From an uncultured virus (IMG/VR IMGVR_UViG_3300040974_000011) (Duplodnaviria > Heunggongvirae > Uroviricota > Caudoviricetes): a stretch of DNA of 20,000 nucleotides. The notes under the pieces are model-generated. The model searched no databases. It had not been told where the DNA came from and was given only the letters and a program-made list of their open reading frames with translations. A program made the translations under genes and the position numbers. This document shows, in pieces, positions 15,346-20,000 of this stretch. The stretch is from the IMG/VR virus record IMGVR_UViG_3300040974_000011; one strand, given 5' to 3'. Positions within the stretch are counted from its first letter, which is position 1; each line of letters begins with the position of its first letter.

Positions 15346-15384
15346 AAAAGAAAATGCCCCGGGAACCATGGGTTCGACCGGGGC
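15346..15384 (-). terminator. Intrinsic terminator insulating pL from leftward (cI) read-through
   Basis: gccccgg/ccggggc stem with inner gaacc/ggttc, followed on the minus strand by ATTTTCTTTT. Confidence 0.75.
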
Positions 15385-15486
15385 GACAAACGGGCCATGC
15401 TTGGCGGCTACCCGTCTGTGAAACGTGTAATAGCGCAACACGCGCGCGCGTTCCAGATCAATCGTCGCCACTCATAGCCAAGCGTA

Positions 15487-15842
15487 GGGTCCGCAGACGG
15501 CAAGTGCTGCGGGCTCAATCGCCGGGCGGTTAGTGACGCTGGCGGCGGACGGGCGCGAAAGCGTGCCGGGAGTAAGCGGCGACCAGGAGCGGGGTTCGCA
15601 GCCGCAGGGCACCTGAATGGGGGACGCCCGAACCCGAAGGCCACCGGCCTTTAAGAACCCTCTAGGGTTGCATCCCGGTGGTGGTGCGATCCGACGGTAA
15701 GCGGCGGTTGGCTCCGGCCTTCAGTCCCCCGTCCCAGGTCGCATCCGCCTAGGTGAACTGAGGGGTCACGGCCCTTTACTCAGTCCCTACGCGGGGCGAC
15801 CTGTGGACGGGTCACAACGGTTCCACCAACCTTCAGGTACTC
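15487..15842 (+). ncRNA. Candidate large structured non-coding RNA, family unknown
   Basis: No credible ORF; at least 10 nested helices with G-U pairs on the + strand, a GAAA tetraloop and two candidate pseudoknots (see findings). Confidence 0.7.
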
Positions 15843-16470
15843 AGTTAGATATCCGCTTCCACTGCTTCGCGGGGACGATGGACATGACTTCGGCGACCCG
15901 CTTCACGTCGACCTCGTCCTGATCCGGGGCGTTGTGGCTGCCGATAGTGAAGGACCCGTCACGGGCGTGTTTCTTGAGGGTTTTTAGGAGATAGGTGCCG
16001 TCTCCGTCTTCTAGAACAACCTCTTGCCCAATCAGGGCTTCCGGCTCGCCATCGTACCATTTGGCGATGACGACTTCGCCGTCCTTGATCCGCGGGAACT
16101 GCGACTGCCCACGAGCCTCAAGGGCGAAGCAGCCTTCGGGAAGCGCGTAGGGAAGTTCGATTTCACCGAGCGCCAATTCGCCCTCCTCGACCCACCGGAT
16201 GGCCTCACCCAAGCCAACCGTTCCGACCACGTCAACAACCGTAGATCGGTTCGCGGTTCCTTCCCCAGTTAAAAGCCAGCTCGCCGACACGCGGAATTTT
16301 CGGGCGTATTTGAACGCCTCCTCCTCGCTGTAATCGCGAGCGCCCGGCTCCCCAGCGCGTTCGTGGGCGTTGTAGGTCGATACTGCCACGTCCAGCGCGA
16401 ATGCTGCGGCGCGGCCGGAACGGTATCGGCGCTCTCGCGCCCACCGCAATCTCTCACCCTTCGTCTTCAT
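15841..16470 (-). CDS. cI: CI-like repressor (XRE HTH + S24 peptidase)
   Basis: GERLRWARE...AAAFALDVAVSTYNAHE...VSASWLLTGEG; catalytic Ser (GQSQFP) and Lys (LLKTL). Confidence 0.93.
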   Translation of the reverse strand: MKTKGERLRWARERRYRSGRAAAFALDVAVSTYNAHERAGEPGARDYSEEEAFKYARKFRVSASWLLTGEGTANRSTVVDVVGTVGLGEAIRWVEEGELALGEIELPYALPEGCFALEARGQSQFPRIKDGEVVIAKWYDGEPEALIGQEVVLEDGDGTYLLKTLKKHARDGSFTIGSHNAPDQDEVDVKRVAEVMSIVPAKQWKRISN

Positions 16471-16543
16471 AACGCGAAAAGTAGCAACTTGGCTGCTACG
16501 AAGGGGGTTGATCGGAGTTGCTACATATCGTAGACACTCTGTC
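16471..16543. promoter_or_regulatory. OR region: pR, pRM-like promoter and operator
   Basis: TTGATC(16508-16513)-N17-TAGACA(16531-16536); operator ctacatatcgtag 16521-16533; degenerate or half sites at 16472-16485 and 16495-16500; minus-strand TACTTT 16483-16478. Confidence 0.82.
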
Positions 16544-16834
16544 ATGAGCGCGGTTCAAGCCATCATCGCGAAGTTTGAGACGCCAGCGAAGTTCGGGCGG
16601 GCGATCAATTTGAAGGTCGTCAACCACGCGCACCAGATGTGGGACCGGATGTCGATCCCCGCGCTGCGGTGGCCAGACGTCGTCGAGGCCGCTTCTGAGC
16701 TAGGCATCAAAGGCGTCACAATCGAAGCTCTCATGGCCGCCCACGTGGCCGACGAGCCCCTTCGCCGAGCAAAACTTCAGCAGACCCGCGCCCGTCAGAA
16801 GTCTTCAAGTCAGCCGGAGGCTCGTGCGTCATGA
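16544..16834 (+). CDS. cro: Cro-like protein
   Basis: Divergent from cI; IIAKFETPAKFGRAI...AHQMWDRMSIPALRWPDVVEAA...GVTIEAL. Confidence 0.85.
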   Translation: MSAVQAIIAKFETPAKFGRAINLKVVNHAHQMWDRMSIPALRWPDVVEAASELGIKGVTIEALMAAHVADEPLRRAKLQQTRARQKSSSQPEARAS

Positions 16835-16977
16835 TTATGCTCGTTCTGAAGGCCTGGCTGGCAATGATGGTCATTATGACCGTCTGGTGTTTCTGCCGTT
16901 GGCGTCACATCGACAGCCCTGTCATTCCTGGCTTTGCCATCCTGATCCTCTGCGGTGCCGTGAGGTACGCGCTGTGA
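16831..16977 (+). CDS. Small two-helix membrane peptide (48 aa, not in ORF track)
   Basis: MIMLVLKAWLAMMVIMTVWCFCRWRHIDSPVIPGFAILILCGAVRYAL; ATGA and GTGA overlaps. Confidence 0.6.
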   Translation: MIMLVLKAWLAMMVIMTVWCFCRWRHIDSPVIPGFAILILCGAVRYAL

Positions 16978-17270
16978 GTGGGATTGATAGCCCTACCGCT
17001 GGGCACCGGCTCGCCAGTTTCGTTGATCGCATCCTCGCGATTGGCCGAGAGCAGGACGAACTGAACGGCGTCAAGAAAGAGATCTACGCCGAAGCTGCCG
17101 GCGAGGGCTTCGACAAGACGGCTATGGGCGCGCTCGTTCGCGAGCTGCGCAAGGCCGAGAAGGACAGCGGCAAGGCGGCTGAGCAGGCCGAACTGCTGGA
17201 TCTGTATCGCGACTCCTACCATCGCGCCGTCTCGCACGTAGGCGCGCACATACGCGAGGCGGCGGAATGA
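16974..17270 (+). CDS. GapR-like (DUF2312) DNA-binding protein
   Basis: RLASFVDRILAIGREQDELNGVKKEIYAEAAGEGFDKTAMGALVRELRK...ELLDLY. Confidence 0.85.
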   Translation: MSGIDSPTAGHRLASFVDRILAIGREQDELNGVKKEIYAEAAGEGFDKTAMGALVRELRKAEKDSGKAAEQAELLDLYRDSYHRAVSHVGAHIREAAE

Positions 17271-17566
17271 ATACCGTGGACCTCATCTTCACCGCCGTCG
17301 CCTCGGCTACCGTCATTGGCGCCTGCGGGTTCATGATCTGGGCTACGCTGGATTACCGGCGGGACATGCGTGCGAACGCTGCGACCTACGAGCAGCGGCA
17401 GGCGCTTCTGGCGCATGCTTTCCGCGCTGGGATGAGCAGTACGGAGTATCAAGCGTTCTGCGCGGTCAGCTACGACGAGCATTTCGAGAGCCTGCGCAAG
17501 GGCCTTGATCCTCTGCCGCTGTACGGCGTGATTGCGATTAAGGCCACGGGCGAGGTGGTCGCCTGA
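17267..17566 (+). CDS. Hypothetical protein with N-terminal TM helix
   Basis: LIFTAVASATVIGACGFMIWATL; ATGA overlap. Confidence 0.7.
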   Translation: MNTVDLIFTAVASATVIGACGFMIWATLDYRRDMRANAATYEQRQALLAHAFRAGMSSTEYQAFCAVSYDEHFESLRKGLDPLPLYGVIAIKATGEVVA

Positions 17567-17820
17567 TGGCCGTTCTCGTCCACCAGATCCGGCCCTCCGT
17601 GGCCGGTAGCAGCGCCGAGGTGTTCTGGACCGGGGCTATCCCGATCGAGCCTCTGAGGCTGCGCAATGCCGAGGCGGGTGCTGTTGGGGAGACCTGCGCA
17701 TCCGTCTCGGCGACTAATAGCCCGGTATGGCATGGTGCTGCTGAAGGGGCTCCTAGGCCCGGAGGCGAATGCGGTTCGATACCGCGCCGGGCGCCAGCTC
17801 ATTCGGACCACCGGCCATGA
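17566..17820 (+). CDS. Hypothetical protein
   Basis: TGATG and ATGA coupling, GAGG RBS; composition unconvincing. Confidence 0.45.
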   Translation: MAVLVHQIRPSVAGSSAEVFWTGAIPIEPLRLRNAEAGAVGETCASVSATNSPVWHGAAEGAPRPGGECGSIPRRAPAHSDHRP

Positions 17821-18041
17821 CTGCCGCCGTCCGTCTCCCAAAGGCTGATCTGGTGATCCAGTCCGAGGTCGATCCTCGGGATGTCATCACGGCCTCTGTC
17901 ACCGCCTACGGCCGGCACATGCGGATCAGCTTGTTCCGCGACATGCGCCTGGGCCTCGGCAGCACCTTCAAGCGCTCGCAGGTCGCGGCCCTGATCGACG
18001 GCCTTTCCGATCTGCACGCGAACATGTCCCCGGAGGCGTAA
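17817..18041 (+). CDS. Hypothetical protein
   Basis: MTAAVRLPKADLVIQSEV...; ATGA overlap; GC3-rich codons. Confidence 0.65.
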   Translation: MTAAVRLPKADLVIQSEVDPRDVITASVTAYGRHMRISLFRDMRLGLGSTFKRSQVAALIDGLSDLHANMSPEA

Positions 18042-18551
18042 ATGTCTGGCTTCCGTACCTTTGAGACCAGCCGCGTGAGCTTCGGCGACAATCGCCCAAA
18101 GGCGCCGCTCGTGGATGCCGCTCTGGTGCGTCCGCCGATCAAGCGAGCGCCTGCGAAGCAATGGTCTGAGCCGAAGATATGTCAGAAGGGCTTCATCCCT
18201 CCGAAGCCCGTAACTCCTGAGGATTTTCAGCAGCCGTGTGCGTTCCCGTTGCGGCGGCTGATGGATCTGGTGTGCTACATCACACAGTTCCCGGCCGTGC
18301 ATATTCGCGGACAGCGGCGTCTGGGCAATCTCGTCCGCGCTCGTCAGATCCTGTTCTGGCTCGCTAAGAACAATACCGAGGCGAGCTTTGTGCAGATCGG
18401 CCGCCTCGTCGGCGGCCGCGATCACACCACGGTGATGCACGGAGTACGCCGCGTTCAGGCGGTCATTGATCGCCTGAATATTGAGGTCTCTGACTGCCCG
18501 GTCACGATGGCCGAGCGCCTTTGGCGTGCCGAATGGTCGAGGGGGAAATGA
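18042..18551 (+). CDS. Phage protein with DnaA C-terminal (domain IV) HTH
   Basis: RARQILFWLAKNNTEASFVQIGRLVGGRDHTTVMHGVRRV. Confidence 0.9.
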   Translation: MSGFRTFETSRVSFGDNRPKAPLVDAALVRPPIKRAPAKQWSEPKICQKGFIPPKPVTPEDFQQPCAFPLRRLMDLVCYITQFPAVHIRGQRRLGNLVRARQILFWLAKNNTEASFVQIGRLVGGRDHTTVMHGVRRVQAVIDRLNIEVSDCPVTMAERLWRAEWSRGK

Positions 18552-18766
18552 TCTCCTCGCCATCACTTTACATCCTTTTCGTCTGCGCGCGGCTTGCCGG
18601 CCGCTCGCTCGCGATCTTCCAGGGCTTTGCTCAGGCTTGCCGGCCTGTAGCGGCGCCCCTCCGCACTCAGCGCGTCGATGTAGTCCTGCCAGGACGGCGC
18701 GCTGTCATCTCGGTCTTTGGAGCCTACCGGCTCCGCACGTCTCTCTACGGGAGTTTCGTAGCGTGA
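18548..18766 (+). CDS. Hypothetical protein (doubtful)
   Basis: ATGA overlap and GAGGGGG RBS only. Confidence 0.4.
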   Translation: MISSPSLYILFVCARLAGRSLAIFQGFAQACRPVAAPLRTQRVDVVLPGRRAVISVFGAYRLRTSLYGSFVA

Positions 18767-18828
18767 CCGCACTCTCTGCCTCCTTCGGCCGCCGCTCTCT
18801 GATGCCCACAGCATCGGAGAAGAGGTCG

Positions 18829-19197
18829 ATGAAGTCTCAGGCATCCAGGACTCATGCTCATGCCTCCACGCATGAGTTTGAGTCGCGCCGCACGCTGACC
18901 GTTGGAGAGCGCGTGTGCGCCTTCCTGAGGGAGCGGCACCCGGTCAAAACAGCCGACAACGTGGCGGCGGACACGGGCATCCCGTTTAACACCATCAAGA
19001 CGTGGCTGGACCGCGCCTCGGCCCCGAACGCCGAGGGCTACACGGCACTTTGGATCGCTTACGGCCCGGATTTCCTCGCCGCGCTCGCCGACCGCGAGCC
19101 CGCATGGCTGCAGGACGTTCGTCGCGCCCAAGAGGCCGCTCATCTCAAAGCGGAGATCGCGGCCCTTCAAAACAAGCTGGCGGGAGTGCGCGCATGA
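18829..19197 (+). CDS. CII-like / HTH regulator
   Basis: FLRERHPVKTADNVAADTGIPFNTIKTWLDRASAP...AYGPDFL; GGAG/GAGG RBS. Confidence 0.75.
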   Translation: MKSQASRTHAHASTHEFESRRTLTVGERVCAFLRERHPVKTADNVAADTGIPFNTIKTWLDRASAPNAEGYTALWIAYGPDFLAALADREPAWLQDVRRAQEAAHLKAEIAALQNKLAGVRA

Positions 19198-19325
19198 GAA
19201 ACCGGGCTCGTCGGACTTTCTACGGCTGGTGCGCTGATGCGTGCCGCGCCTTGGGCCGGCATTCGCTTCTGATCCCGAAGGCTTTTGATCGCATGGCCGA
19301 TTATTGCGCGGAGCGTGCGCGATGA
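19194..19325 (+). CDS. Small hypothetical protein (43 aa)
   Basis: ATGA overlaps at both ends; GGGAG RBS. Confidence 0.55.
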   Translation: MRNRARRTFYGWCADACRALGRHSLLIPKAFDRMADYCAERAR

Positions 19326-19555
19326 GCGCTGCGTATCGCCCGCTCATGATGAGCGACGTTCGCCGGATGCGCGAGCTTCACAGCCAGAACGTCTCTCAGC
19401 GGCGCATCGCTGAGATGCTTGGCGTCAACCAGAGCACGGTCGAGCACTACACGGGCCGTCACGAGATGTACGGCCGCGCGCATCGGTACGCGGCCTTTGT
19501 CGAGAAAGCGGCCCGGCTCGGTGCGCCGCTCCTCGTCCCGCCCAGCCCCTTCTAA
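19322..19555 (+). CDS. Small HTH DNA-binding protein
   Basis: RMRELHSQNVSQRRIAEMLGVNQSTVEHY. Confidence 0.8.
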   Translation: MSAAYRPLMMSDVRRMRELHSQNVSQRRIAEMLGVNQSTVEHYTGRHEMYGRAHRYAAFVEKAARLGAPLLVPPSPF

Positions 19556-19577
19556 CCCTCACAGCACGAGGCGACCC

Positions 19578-20000
19578 GTGAAGAACGAATGTTTGGACGC
19601 TGTCGCTGCCGTGCTGGATGAGGCCGGCATCGCCTACACGGTCGGCCACGGCGGCAAGCACTACCGCATCGACTTTGAGGTCAATGGCCGCCGCTGCCGC
19701 ACGACGTGCCCTGTGACGCCGAGCGACCGCCGCGCCGCTCTGAACGGCGCCTCGCAGGTCCGCCGGATCATCCGCCAAGCCCAGGAAGAGACTGATCAGA
19801 CGGGAGAGCACGCCATGTCGTTCGATGAAGTCGATCTCACTCCGAGCCACGCGCTGGCCTTTGCCTTTGAGGGTCGCAGCGTGCGCATCGCGGAAGTGGA
19901 TGGCGCGCCTTGGTTCGTCGCCAGCGACATCTGTACGGCTCTGGAGATCGGCGATCAGAAGCAGGCTCTGGACAAGCTGGACGATGACGAAAGGGGGGGG
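19578..20000 (+). CDS. Bro-N antirepressor with N-terminal HicA-like domain (runs off the window)
   Basis: GTG 19578: ...YTVGHGGKHYRIDF...TPSDRRAALN... continues without a stop into ATG 19815 MSFDE...FAFEGRSVRIAEVDGAPWFVASDICTALEI...KLDDDER. Confidence 0.85.
   Translation, partial: MKNECLDAVAAVLDEAGIAYTVGHGGKHYRIDFEVNGRRCRTTCPVTPSDRRAALNGASQVRRIIRQAQEETDQTGEHAMSFDEVDLTPSHALAFAFEGRSVRIAEVDGAPWFVASDICTALEIGDQKQALDKLDDDERGG

Noticed and set aside
15356..15384. GGTTCGA suggesting a tRNA T-loop
   Set aside because: No cloverleaf; better explained as a terminator hairpin.
15438..15452. Alternating acacgcgcgcgcgt tract (Z-DNA-prone palindrome)
   Set aside because: Short and plausible by chance at this GC content; no supporting context.
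15303..15644. ORFs 15303-15533 (+) and 15408-15644 (-)
   Set aside because: No RBS, Arg/Pro-rich shadow composition, and they overlap operators, the terminator and RNA helices.
15800..15830. TCCACCA resembling a tmRNA/tRNA-Ala 3' end
   Set aside because: No T-arm (GTTCRA) before it, no matching acceptor 5' strand and no tag reading frame.
15684..15842. GTGCG as a possible group II intron 5' end
   Set aside because: No domain V/VI, no RT gene and no interrupted gene; group I P7 and RNase P P4 signatures are also absent.

Overview
GC-rich early/immunity region of a temperate (lambdoid-organised) phage or prophage, most likely of an alphaproteobacterium (inferred from GapR-like and DnaA-C-like genes). 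Left to right: a tyrosine integrase running off the left edge, an excisionase, a ~14 kb leftward early operon of tightly overlapped genes (DUF550 hydrolase, ASCH-like protein, dCMP deaminase, HNH proteins, NinB, ERF recombinase, SPOUT methyltransferase), pL, cI/cro with CTACGATnTGTAG operators, and a rightward early operon ending in a Bro-N antirepressor. Four unusual elements stand out. (1) A ~355-nt, apparently non-coding, densely base-paired segment with two candidate pseudoknots (15487-15842) sits in the accessory slot downstream of cI. (2) An antisense HNH endonuclease is inserted in a DUF3307 gene and brings a synonymously recoded replacement of the 5' end it displaced. (3) Two inverted ~97-nt GNA-triloop multi-hairpin elements bracket one gene core. 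(4) A 3111-bp ISL3 element (8-bp TSD, 22-bp IRs) with its own RHH switch and three cargo genes interrupts that same gene. Family assignments are from motif recognition by eye; no searches or folding programs were run.
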